From Styela clava (Eukaryota): a stretch of DNA of 64,000 nt. The notes beneath the pieces are model-generated. The model was not told the DNA's origin and searched no databases. It saw only the letters and a program-made list of their open reading frames with translations. The stretch is taken from assembly GCF_964204865.1 (NCBI RefSeq), contig NC_135255.1, positions 682,001 through 746,000 on the forward strand, in the 5' to 3' direction. The translations under genes and the position numbers were made by a program. This document shows positions 1 to 12,385 of this stretch, one piece after another; the first letter of the stretch is position 1; every line of letters starts with the position of its first letter.

Positions 1-280
1 AAGGTCCCACGAGCTCTCGAAAACGACTAAAAATCATTTGTACCAAGTTCTGCAATCTATGACCAATTTCTAATTTCACTTGAAACCTTATCCTGCGGCC
101 TGCAGGTTAGAATAAATGATGGATCTTTTGTGCAGAGCCCCTAATGCAAAATTGTGAGATTTGAGAAAAACACCCCTGCCACGTTTTTGAATAACAAATT
201 AGTAATTATCCAGTTGGGGTTAGAAATGAATTTCCAGTGCATTCCTGAATTATTAGTAATTTTCATATTTTGAGGGGGCT

Positions 281-367
281 TTGTACAAAAGATTAGATTT
301 GGGTCTTCTTCCAACCGTGACTTTGTACCCACGAATAAATTTGCGTCTTCTTCCAACCGTGACTTTG
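281..367. repeat. Two-copy ~42-bp tandem duplication
   Basis: gtcttcttccaaccgtgactttg occurs twice 42 bp apart, with similar flanks. Confidence 0.8.
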
Positions 368-2229
368 GATTTCAACGCCATCATAATAACTGTAATAATC
401 TGTGAATACGGGAATCGCTATATTTCCATATATATACGTGTTGTTACGCGATGATGAAGCATTCAACAACCTGCTTACAAGACTTGATGATACAACGAAT
501 GTACACTAGACAGTAATACAGAAGCAACAACTAGTTGGTTCCATATTTCGGATACTGGATATGATCAATGACTATACAAAAATGTTTATCGCCCCCCAGT
601 ACGCGTATTTGTTACTGATGTATTGCATTATACAACTATTTCCCAAAGTAGCAAAGGCGATAGCATTTGCTATTTCCTAGGTTATTTTTGAGATTTGTCA
701 ATATTTCAGGACTGTGTCTTACAAAACAAATTGTCGTTACAAATTGCCCATGCTTTAAAGATTTGTTCTCAGTTTTGAGCTTCGCTCTTACGTTTTATCA
801 ATAAGATAATCACGACAGAGTTCACAGGTAACGATGTCTCTAAAATTGAATATTGCTGTATACTAAAAATCCCAGTTCTAGTCATTAGTTCGGGTTCATT
901 TCTCAAACCATGCTTTTTTCCGCCAACCGATTACCTGAGCAACGTGCCTTCTTTCCTTTTTATTTTGATTATTTATTCAGCCAAAACAGTCGTAATCCAT
1001 CTCGCAAGCAAACTTGAATTTTGGCTTGGGCAGCTCTGTTTAAAATAGTTCGAACAATGAGAAATTGTTGCAGGAGCTTTTTTGTCGTGATAACTGTACT
1101 TAGAGCAACTCGTTTTACCGTCGTCCTTATTTTTGCTTCCAGGATAATACAAGCACTGCGTATAAGGATTTCGCCTTCAAATATTACTTGCTATCCACAA
1201 TATATATGTAAAAACTGCCAAACGGCCGTGTTTTGTTTGTATGCACTAAATCGTACTGGTGTCATTGATGAACTCAGGCAACGCAACAGGCGTCAGAAGT
1301 TTATTTGAAGACTGGCGCACAGTTTTTCATTAGAAGGCATGAGTTCAAATCGATAGAACTGTATATTTTTACATCACACCAGCACCTGAATTGTATTTCG
1401 TACCTCGTTGTGCACCTCATTTTTTGGGTTAATCTTCTTGTCATTCTGTGGGATGATAAAAATGCAAACAATATCTAAATTTTACTACTCATCCATACTA
1501 TGTTTTCGGAAGAAATGAACGCTCTATGATGAGTACCTGAACAGCAAACCAAAATTAAAAGTGTATACTTACTTTTGAGACACCCTGTATGTAGAGATAC
1601 AAATAATCGTTTGAACCACAAACATTTTAATCACGAATATTGTTTAGTTACATGATTACTAGAGTATGTTCACCGTGCTTAGACTGAATTGAATTTGAGA
1701 ATCACATGCAAAAATTACAGCAATAAACTACTATTATTGATAGAACGGTTAAAATAGAATATATATACAGTCATACAGATAAATCTTAGAAAATAGATCA
1801 TGAGTTTTTTTTATAATAATTGATCATGATCAATATCATAAAACATTATCGAAAACGCATTCTCCAACCATGTGTATGAGCACAACAAATGGTTGAACAT
1901 AAATTCTAATTTAAAGTATTGGAAACACAATGAGAATGGGACGTGAAACACGGAAAATAAAGGCAACATACGAAGATGATTAATGCCAGACGTCTGCATT
2001 TCTCGGAAATGTTGCATAATAAATGCCCGCAAACATTTTTGAAAACAACAATACGCTTTCTTTAAGATATAAATGTATGCAAATATATCGTCATATCATA
2101 GATAACAGACTATTGAAATCAAATTTATGATTTCTAACGAATTTACGCGTCTGCGTCACCACACGTCACAAAGCACAAGAAACGAAAAACATGAGAAATC
2201 GAAAAAAATCACAATAATAGAAAAACGAG

Positions 2230-2496
2230 AATATTGATCGGAGACCGAAGACTTATCGATCGAAACTGCGGTTTCGATTCATGACTAGTGACACCGCGTG
2301 TCCCATCACTAATTAATTGATAACTCGCTAATTATACGGCATAATTCATCAAATCAATAGGCTTCTTGTCCGAGATATGATGAATGCACATGCAAAATTT
2401 GGAGCAGATTCAACCCCGCCTTCTTGAGATATCGCGTGCATCTAACAGACAGACAAATACCTATCAACATACTTACCGATATAAAGATCGATAAGT
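2230..2496. mobile_element. Short non-autonomous element with HINE/DINE-1 (Helentron-associated)-like architecture
   Basis: Subterminal inverted repeat acttatcgatc (2251-2261) / gatcgataagt (2486-2496). Hairpins at 2259-2278 and 2471-2496 and an acagacagac microsatellite. Class is inferred from architecture only. Confidence 0.4.
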
Positions 2497-3749
2497 GGAA
2501 AGAAACATTTTATGGCGCCAAAATTACCGAATTATATGAAATGAACCATGGATGTTGTAACCGTACATTCGATGTCTCAAACGCGAATCAACAGGGACAA
2601 TACGCAGAAATAATAATCTGACAACCAAAATACGATTAGGGATATCAGGTAATAGTAAGAGCTCTTCACATTGAGAGTGTAGGCTACGGATTGCAAGTAT
2701 CTAACTCATTTTGACTTTTCCAAAATAATAAATGCTGTTGTGAGCTATACTAAATTTGCTCATTGAATCATTCATAAAAACCGGGTCATTCGAGTTATAT
2801 AACAGTATAACTGCATGGTAGGGGTATGAGAAAATATTATAAAAGGTAATACTCGAGATACGGGATCTATCATGGGATGGTAGAATTTCTGTTGTTTGGA
2901 AGTTTTCTATCCAAGATTTACTCTTTTCATCGACATAGTCGCTTTCATTAGTCGGTTTGGCACGCAGATGATTTTATGTACATTTATATATATGATTTTA
3001 TGTCTAAATGGTACGACATAGCCCAGGTTGTTGCAATGATTCCATGAGAAAACTGTTTTTTTGTAAGTTGAATTTATGAGGTGACACACATGACGCTCTT
3101 AAGTACACGTATCCTACCAGTAAATTTAATTTGCTCTTTGCAATGGGCCCGAGCTACAGGCTTTTCCGATTAGCAAAAAAAAATTGCCATTTGGACTTAG
3201 GTTGTCGTACCTAGGTTGTCGGCGGTGGTATTTTAGAAGCCAATTTAATGACCTTCATTCCGGAATAGCTGGTGTGCTAACTCCCAACGGTTCCGATTTA
3301 AATTTGAATCATGTCGCATTTCTTTCACTTTTGTCTTAGGGTTGGTTGTAGTGCAATTATAGCAGCGAATTTAGTTTAATATTCAATTTGTAATAATGTA
3401 TTGGCGGATCATTGGGACTAGTGTAGAAGCTACTAAGACACTGTGTTCTTGTGGGCGAGATTCAAAACATTCTGCAGTTACTAGATCAGATGGAAAAGGA
3501 AAATTATCGTGATAATGAGATCGGTATCAGGGCCGGATCTAGACGCTATACCAGAGATGGACAATTACATTCCTGAGTTTGTCAGTTACAGTTAATAGAC
3601 TTGGTTACTGGGTCGAATTGTGAATAAAGAAAACAGTTTATTTACAAAAAACTAGCGTAACACCTAAGGTAGCCTACAACAAACAGCAGGTGTACCTAAT
3701 GGCACAATGATCAATGGGACTGATGTAGCCTATACTTCGTGCGTCCAAA

Positions 3750-4200
3750 AGCTTGTTTAATTAAAACCGCCACAAAGTTGCTCGTGCTGACTTCTAAGAC
3801 AGCTTGTAGGTTTGACTCCGTTAATAAAGATCTGTTTTTGATTTTTGTTAATCTTCATACTTGAGAAAGATTTGCTCGCATATGAATTTTGATGCGAATA
3901 CGGAATACCACAAATATTTTTCTTGCCAAATTTCGATTTTCTCTGGTTGGAGGGAATCATAAAACCTAATCAATAGCTTCACTTCAAATGACTCTTCAAA
4001 TCATTGGAGATATATGAGTTCGACCTGTAACCCATCGGCGACCGTTTCAACGTCATAAGAGAATATGGACTTCAGTAAATCAAAATTATGATTTCATGCA
4101 ATGCGACTTTCCTGTCGTTTACAAATGAAATTTCTGTAACCTGGACTTTTGAAGTGTCGAGTTGTAGGTATTTGATGCCGTAAAAAACATTGGGAGATTA
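3750..4200 (-). pseudogene. Decayed hAT transposase C-terminus (SPIN/Buster/GTF2IRD2-like dimerisation region)
   Basis: Minus-strand pieces across frameshifts read NFDLLKSIFSYDVETVADGLQVELIYLQ, LIRFYDSLQP, NLARKIFVVF, ICEQIF/SSMKINK and LQAVLEVSTSNF. These match the hAT C-terminal STYxCEQxFSxMK motif. Confidence 0.7.
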
Positions 4201-4763
4201 GCAAGTAACGCGAGTACAAACAAAATAATTGTATCAGGTACTGAAATTTATGTATTGGACAGAAGGTAAAACACGTGTTGCAGCATTCACTTCACAAACA
4301 TCCTCGAAGGTAGCCCCCCCCCATTAAAAAACGTAATTTGTAGGCCTAAACGCTGATATAATAGTTTGGCAGAGAAGATATAGAGCAGTGTTGTTTAGCC
4401 GGGGTTCCGCCATTACAGTCCGGGACTTCCAGTAGTTTCAAATCCGAGAGTCTACATCATTATTATTGTTCAGCTAAAATTAAATATTAATTTGCCACTA
4501 TTATTAAACTTCAAAGAATATTTCTTTCGCTAGTATCATGTTTGCTGATTTAAAGTTTGTGCAATTCCCTGAAATGTTACGTGGGGTTATTACTCCACCC
4601 AAAAGGTTGAAAACTGCAGTGCTAAGCTCATCGTCTTCAGTCTGGAAGGTCAACCCTTGTACAGGTTGGTATGTCGATATTCACTATAATTTATATTTTG
4701 AAAATGTACAATGATTGGATTATTTTGACAATTTATGCCAACCTAAATTTTTTTTATGTAGAT

Positions 4764-5313
4764 CAGGGGTCGGGAACCTTTTTGGTCAAGAGAGCCATAA
4801 AATATACATATTTTCAATTGCATTTCCGTGCGAGCCATAGCCTATAACATTTCTTCAATTAATCAGACCTAAAATGTTTGCTCGTAAGTCAACACATACA
4901 ATGTCAATATACATTTAATGTGATTTCTGATGCTGCATGTAGGCGCTGCGGGCCTTGAACGGTTGCTCACCTGCAGCCCAATGTGGAAATCTACGATACT
5001 CATCACCCTTTTTCGTGTAGACATCTCCGTAGTGTTTTTAAAACTATATCGCTTTGTGATGTCACAATATATGTTCCAGAATCCCCTTGTTTGTCACAAT
5101 GCCTCTCTAGTAAATATCTTACATAACATAGACATGTGCTGGACGCGTGTTTTGAAACGTATTGGGAATTTCCTGCCAAATTCGGCTATAAAAGAGTTTG
5201 GGATCTCGTAACAATAGTAAGCTTAGTCTTAGAATATTAGATTTTTCTGGGAGCCATATGCCGTCACCAAAAGAGCCATATATGGCTCACGAGCCATGGG
5301 TTCCCGACCCCTG
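4764..5313. mobile_element. hAT (Charlie-type) MITE, 550 bp
   Basis: TIR CAGGGGTCGGGAACC / GGTTCCCGACCCCTG, with a perfect 8-bp TSD ATGTAGAT at 4756-4763 and 5314-5321. Confidence 0.9.
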
Positions 5314-6122
5314 ATGTAGATTAATTATCTCACATTTTCGATTTCCTTTACATAACTTTACCGAGCAACTTGTGAAGGGATCGATAGAAAACGGTGACTG
5401 TGTTGGGTTTTTGTACACGATATTTATAGAGATGCCTGTGAATGCATATCTGTAATTTGAACACCGAACAATGGCTATCCGAAAAATAACGTCAAGTTCA
5501 AGCAAAATAAATTGTCAATATTTACCATTAAGTTGATCTCTTCTTCGCTTTCCGAAAATTCTTTTTATCTTTACATCCTAGATTTCGTCCTTTGTGTGTC
5601 GTCTTCAAATTCAGGTGTTTGCGCGTAAAATTATTGTTTCATTTGGCATATTTCATGATATAAAATGATACAAATTAGGAATAAAAATCACTTATATGGT
5701 TTTATGACTCGCGATAATAAAAATCGACTGTGTGTATATCCTTTTGAGTTTTTATGACATCATAACATAATTTATCATTAACATTTGCCAGTAGTAGGAA
5801 GTTTTTCAACGATATCACAACGTAAACCTCACCTCATATCAATAATTCTTGTTATGGTGAATAGATATTCGAAAAAAAATATAATATATATATATATAAT
5901 TATTTCAGAAAAATCTGAAATTTTTATTTAGTGTCCCGCAAAAATTTGTGATATAAAAATTTTTCCGCGCTTCAAAATCACTGGGATAAAATTATATTAT
6001 ATTAAGTCACGCGCGAACATCGAGGTGAAATCAATATTTTCATTGCTCCTTGCAATGCAATGTAGTAATTAGAATACTCACTCCCGCCTGCATCTCTTCG
6101 ACAATACAAAAATGCCAACAAG

Positions 6123-7117
6123 TAGGGATTTGTTCGAAAGGAATTGATTTAAAACAACTGTTTTAAATCGAGTTTTTTTTGCCTGTTTTGTTCAAAATGG
6201 CTGTACTATATGATGTTTTTGTATTAAATAGGTTGAAAGAAAAATGGCTGCAAAAACTTGTCAAGCGCTTCTTATTCGCAATAAACCCTTCAAAACACCA
6301 CAAATATCAATAAAGGCCCCTACACACCTTCTCAAGTTGTAGTTCAGTGCGACCGCAAACGTGGTTGGCGCAGTAGGACGCAGCCGATAAGTCATTACGT
6401 GACAACGCTGCGACGAAACCACCTTTTGATAATAGAAATGCGATCGAATAAATGAGTTTGTATAACTTTGAAAAACTCCATCATTTCAACCCTAAAAATA
6501 AAATATGCTAAGTATAAATTAACCGAACAGTAACTGAATAATTCTTTCATTTTATGAGAAAAATGTCAATACATGAACTCGAAATCCTTATTATGGCGTC
6601 GTAACAGATTAGTTGTGGTGCATTGCACCAGAGGGCTGTTACAATTAGCACAGCCTAGCCCTACCTAGGGTGTCTCATCGTTTAAATTAAATCAGTAAAT
6701 CGTCTGATATAGTATATTATTCACTATTGTAACGCACTCGTTTTGCCGAAGGCTGCCTTGTTCCAATTGCTTTCGTATTAGGCTCGTGAGCTGAGCTTCA
6801 TGATTTTTCTTACTCAAAACTTCTCTCTGGTATCTCGGATAAACATTCCGGTTAAAATCTTATGACTTTGGTGTAGACACAAACGTGGTGATAAATGTAC
6901 GCAAAAAAAGTAAAAGTCGAAACAATAATTTTTACTTACATTTTTTGAATTTTAATTCCGGCAGCGTATGCAGCTGCCAGAAAGCAACGTTTTGACGTAA
7001 TTTTGCGGGGGTGCAAGGGGTATTTAAATAAAAAAAATACAGAAAAAATTTGATTCAAAACAAGCCCTTGTTTTGAATCACGATGTTTTTTTAGAACTGA
7101 TTAAAAACAAAACCCTA
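6123..7117. mobile_element. Non-autonomous hAT element (TAGGG termini), 995 bp
   Basis: Termini TAGGGATTTGTT / AACAAAACCCTA, with an 8-bp TSD CCAACAAG at 6115-6122 and 7118-7125. Confidence 0.8.
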
Positions 7118-9149
7118 CCAACAAGTCCTAGCTAGATGATTTAAGAATTTGGGTTTTTAATCTTGATATTAAAATTATTATTCCCCGTAAAATAACAATT
7201 TTTTCATGTGTTAGGGCTAAACTGACCTTTTCCTCACTGGTCATAATGTGTGTGCTGTCATATTTCATCGCTGTCTTTAAAAATATGGTTTCTGCAATAT
7301 GAAACGCGATCGGCACCATTCTTACTGATTGCTTCCGTGTGGGAATCGGTTGATAACATTGAGGTGTATATTGCTTTTTGAACAACAAAAAAAAAACTAG
7401 AAAGACTTATATGGTCATTTGAGCAATCCTCACATAACTCACACATTTATTTAGGGTCTAGCATGGTAACGATGGTGTCAGCCAGTCATGCTTGTGTTCG
7501 CACTGGTACCAAGGGGCAGAGTGATTGCAATTATAGGGTCGCGATTTTAAAGTTTCCAGCATTATAGCACATAAATTTAGATCTTCACAGGACCCACAAA
7601 AGTACCGGTACCGTAAAATTTTGAACTCAACTACTGCATGTACAAACTGTCTGCAATTATAACATACATGACCAGATTCGATAGATATACGTGGAGATAC
7701 TGCACTAGTTTTATCCCAGTTATAAGTCAAAAGTTTTGAACGAAGCAATGAACAGATCAATGCACAGGTCTCCAGTTGAGCTTACAATAAAGTTTTCACG
7801 TATAAATTTGTCAACCCAATTCAGATTTTCAAATGAATTCGATTTTCAAACCAATAAGCTTTGTACAAAGAAGTTGAATCTAATTTATTATTATTAAATT
7901 GTATTCCGGGATATTAGAAGTCATTAGATACATGTACCAAGGAAAGTGTTATACATTGCTGTGGAAAATTTCATGCAGGAATAAAAAAAAATTTGGAATA
8001 TTTTACCTAGACCAGCAGCGATTAGCGGCTCTTCGTTCTCGGAGCTCTGGCCTCCGTGAATCAAAGGGGTTACAGCATTTTTTTGCTAGAAGCCGTGGAG
8101 GTTCAATGAAAGGGGAGGCATAAAGCCAAATACTCCTCACTAATTATACATCACAGCTGTATAAGTCGCGAGATGAGTCTGTCAAAACAAACTTTTCTTT
8201 CCATTTTACAATTTCTTTTCATTTCGCCATAGCCTGAATTATTGCATCATTCGTATTCCATTTAGGAACTAGATTATTGCACCAAAAGGGGTTTCCAGAT
8301 AGTTTTATTATAGCTATTGTAGTATAGAGTAGATTTGAGTTTGATGGAATAGATGCCAAATGGCTCAGCAACCACCGGGCACGGCCCATCGCCGGTCCAC
8401 AGAAAGGTGACAAAAACGGTTAACAACCACAAACCCTACGACCTAAACAGCACTCAACAGTAAACCAGGCAAACATAACGCATCTGAGCAGAATGTCTGA
8501 CTTCATAGACAATTCCAACGCCAATATGTCGAAATAATGCTGCGCCAATCGCGTCTCCGTGAGTGGGTCCGAATAAGATGATTCTCAAACAAAATGATTC
8601 TCGCTAACAACGTGACTGTTGCAATAACATAAGTTAGAACAATGAGCATAAATACAATGAGTGGAAACTTGCAAAGATTTGCTCATTATGGCATTGTTCC
8701 CTGCATTTTTACGTCGTCCAGCTAAATGGTTCGTTGCATATTACGAAAACGCATTGCTCGCTGACAAAATCCCTTGCTTCAGCCGAGTCGGGTGCGAAAT
8801 TGGCCGTATTAACTTGACTTGAGGTCTTTAATTCTTCAATACATATTTGATTTTGGGTTTCGAAGTATGGTACGCTGAAAGCATACAACTATGAGCATAT
8901 GCTTATTGGGAATGCATATCTATTAGACAGAAAACGTATCTACAGAACAGAATATGAACCAGTCGCCGAGAGGAGTGCGGTTATTTATGTATTTAATAAT
9001 TAATATAACATGGGATTTACATATTTATCCAAGGGGAGAGGAAAGCCGAAAAGAAGGCCGAAATATATGGCGAACCACGGCCTCTCTCAATCATAGCTCT
9101 GTCCTCCATATGAATCACATGGCTCTGCGAGCTAATCGTTTACTTGTTA

Positions 9150-9462
9150 AAAATACTGATTTTAACTATAAATTACTCTGGGATATCTTGCCATTGAAAA
9201 CAAAAGCCAGAAATTGGAAGAAAAGAAGGGAATGAAATGTATGTATTATGTAATGGAGAACCTGAGTTTGTTTCACATATTTTCATGTATTGTAAATTTA
9301 CAAAAAATATTTATGAAGATTTTGTTTTAGATATATTAAAATTGATTAGAATACATTTTGTTATCAATATGATCCTTGCATATTATTTAATTTTAACGAT
9401 CCTTTATATAGTCGTATTGATACTGTTGATTTGGATGCAAATATACTTTTGTAATCAATAGT
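9150..9462 (+). pseudogene. L1/Tx1 ORF2 C-terminal (zf-RVT) fragment in the left arm
   Basis: FNYKLLWDILPLKTK...VLCNGEPEFVSHIFMYC, homologous to the 16094-16702 ORF. Contains a stop or frameshift. Confidence 0.75.
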
Positions 9463-9464
9463 GA

Positions 9465-9890
9465 GAAATATTTCATGGCTGCTATTAACTATGTGAGATA
9501 TTTTTTCTGCAATGCAAAATATTTCCTTCGTCTGCTATTTACTATGTGAATTAATTTTTCTGTAATGTAAAGTATTTCCATAACTGCTTTTACTATGTGG
9601 GCTGTTTTTTCGGTACTCTCGTAGTATGTGTACCAGGTTAGGTTACGATTCTCCTTATTTTTGTTCTATTAAAAGTTCGGTAATTGTCTGTGTTACACAA
9701 GTGAATATCCCCATACCGATAGAATTTAGTCCATTTACACAACTTGATATAAAGTAGGCGAACAAAATTAGTTACCTTCATGTTGGTACACATACTTCTG
9801 GAGCACCATTTTTTTAGTAATGTAAAATATTTAATATGTGAACTAATTTTTCTGTAATGCAAAATATTTTCTACCGCTTCTGTATTTTTT
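9465..9890. repeat. Degenerate ~58-bp tandem repeat interrupted by a MITE
   Basis: Recurrent ctgctatttactatgtga...tttttctgtaatgyaaaatattt units on both sides of 9612-9807. Confidence 0.6.
9612..9807. mobile_element. MITE of the GGTACTCC/TTAGGG-core family
   Basis: Termini ggtactctcgtagtatgtgtacca / tggtacacatacttctggagcacc. Related copies at ~10012-10075, 17560-17939, 38387-38496 and 50981-51165. Confidence 0.75.
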
Positions 9891-10899
9891 ATATGTCACT
9901 TTTCATTTCATTGATAATACACTTTGTTCATTTTTGTGGAGTTTTTGGTAAATTTACAGAAAGAATAAGACCGACATTCAACTTTTTCTGTTTCACAACT
10001 GTAATACAAAAAGGTACTCTTGAAGTATGTAAACCCAGTTGGTAGACACGGGAACCATGTGTACCAGGTTAGGGTCTACTACATACAAACATTCCCAAAC
10101 TTTTCAAGCCGCACCCCCTTTTTAGAATTTGTGAAGTCTTGCGCCCCACCTCAAAAATAATTACCTAACAATAATAAGCTACAAATAACAGTTGTAAGGC
10201 GTAAGTATGTTTTATTGGAAAAACATGTGGAAAATACATGGATGGAACGAAATAAATGACAAGTTTTGATATGTATAAAATTAGCCAAGTCCAGAAGTCA
10301 GTATTTTAAACTAATAGAGAGAGAGAGAGTTTATTTCGTTCGTCAAACCATGAACATATATAAATTATAATAAAAAAAAACAGATGCTCAGGTGTTTGAC
10401 TGGGAGACAACGTTACAACATTTCGGGTCATTTAACAGGTTCGGTGTTAAATTCTTCAATACCTCTCATATACCGTATTCACTATATACATTATTCACAA
10501 GATTTTTTGATTTGGAAAGTACTAAATAATCATGTTTTGTCCTAAGATCATCATTTATTCAGCTGATAAGTTGACATGTATTGCATATCAACTGCATAAA
10601 AATGGGTTAGCGAGGATACATATTATTTGGAAAATTTGTCTACTAAAAATTAATGTAATAGGACATGGAATTTTTATAAGCAAAGATGGGGAAAATTCTA
10701 TTATTATAGATAGCACTTTAATTATAAACATTTGATAATAGTAATGAAATCATGAGTAGATTTCTTTATACACTATAATTTGAACACATCAAATTATAAT
10801 ACTTGATTATGACTGGCAAGTGATTTGGAGGATAGTAACACACAATAAGACATGATCAGGATTTGACCCTTCTCCAGCAGATATATATATATATATATA

Positions 10900-11340
10900 A
10901 AATAAAGTGCTCATGTACATATCTATATTCGCCTACAGAGCACGTAACACAGAATGAATTTTAAGGCGAAATATTGATAATATACTGAAATAGCAATGAT
11001 ACCCAATAGGTTATTTTTAAATAAGTATTACCGGTACTAAAAAATAAATAAAGTGGTCATATACATATAGATATTTGGATACAGAGCAAGTATCATAGAA
11101 TGAAATTTAAGGCAAAAAACTGATAAAATACTAGAATAGCTATACTAGAATAAAATACTAAGTATAATAAACATTATGATACTTTTAAATGAAGTATTCC
11201 TAAAAAATAAATAATGTGGTCATGTACATAGATATTTGGATACAGAGAAAGTGTCATAGAATGGAATTTAGGGCGAAATATGGATGCAAGTATGATAAAC
11301 AATTTGATATTTTTATGAAAAGTGTTACTAAAAAATAAAA
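10900..11340. repeat. Three-copy ~150-bp tandem repeat
   Basis: Unit aataaagtggtcatrtacata...tacagagcaagt...agaatgaatttaaggcgaaat starts near 10900, 11048 and 11208. Confidence 0.8.
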
Positions 11341-11698
11341 TAATAGATTATGGAGTTCCAGCAAGTGTGCTCATAACAAATAAAAAGATAGCAATTCATT
11401 TACACACATTTACACATTACTACTAGCTATAACACAGCGGGCACATGATACTCATCGTGTTTTAAACTTTTTTAAAGGTTTTGCTCGCTCTCCAGAACTC
11501 TCCATTTTTTATTTGTTTGTATTGTCAGATTGTGGACTTTTCAAAATAAACTATCTCTATCTATATCAATGAATACAATATCCCAGGACCCCACTTGGCT
11601 GGTTCATATTCTGTTCTGTAGATAAGTTTTCTGCCTAATAGATGGTATGTATTCCCAATAAGCATTACAGTATGCTCATTCGTTCACTCGATGAGTGA

Positions 11699-12385
11699 TT
11701 TTAATTACGGTAAATATAAAATAATATATATAATATAAATAAGTTCATATTCCATTTTGCATCCAGGATCCAGTATTTATTTTGTTCAATTCCAGTAGTA
11801 ATCCATACCATAATTAGGTTATTTTAATAAATGCATTGATATAGAACAATAAAAATAAAATTAGTAAATATAAAATACATATCATAAACATATTATTTTC
11901 TTTTTAAAATAATGCTTTACATAAATTTGTCAATTCCCTCTCAAATGGGTTGTTTATTCTATAATTCTCTATATTTTTCTACATAATATGGCCATTTTTA
12001 TCTGCTTTTTGAGAAAGGCAAAATGTGGTGTTTTATTTTCGAATATAATAGAATTTCTCATGGTCAAAATTTTATATCTTACTATTGATTACAAAAGTAT
12101 AATTGCATCCAAATCAACAGTATCTATATGAGGATCGTTAAAATTAAATAATATGCAAGAATCATATTGATAACAAAATGTATTCTAATCAATTTTAATA
12201 TATCTAAAACAAAATCTTCATAAATATTTTTTGTAAATTTACAATACATGAAAATATGTGAAACAAACTCAGGTTCTCCAGTACATAATACACACATTTC
12301 ATTCCCTGCTATTCTTCCAATTTCTGGATTTTGTTTTCAATGGCAAGATATCCCAGAGTAATTTATAGTTAAAATCAGTATTTTT
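11699..12385 (-). mobile_element. 5'-truncated L1/Tx1 3' end (zf-RVT, 3' UTR, short A tail)
   Basis: Same zf-RVT peptide as 9150-9462 but continues through an AT-rich UTR to attaaaaa, resembling the 3' end of the 16021-16981 copy. Confidence 0.65.

Noticed and set aside
1566-1590. Tc1/mariner-like terminus (ttttgagacaccctgta)
   Set aside because: No partner TIR or transposase could be located.
10900-11340. Regularly spaced repeats considered as a CRISPR-like array
   Set aside because: Whole units are homologous with no unique spacers, and the context is eukaryotic.
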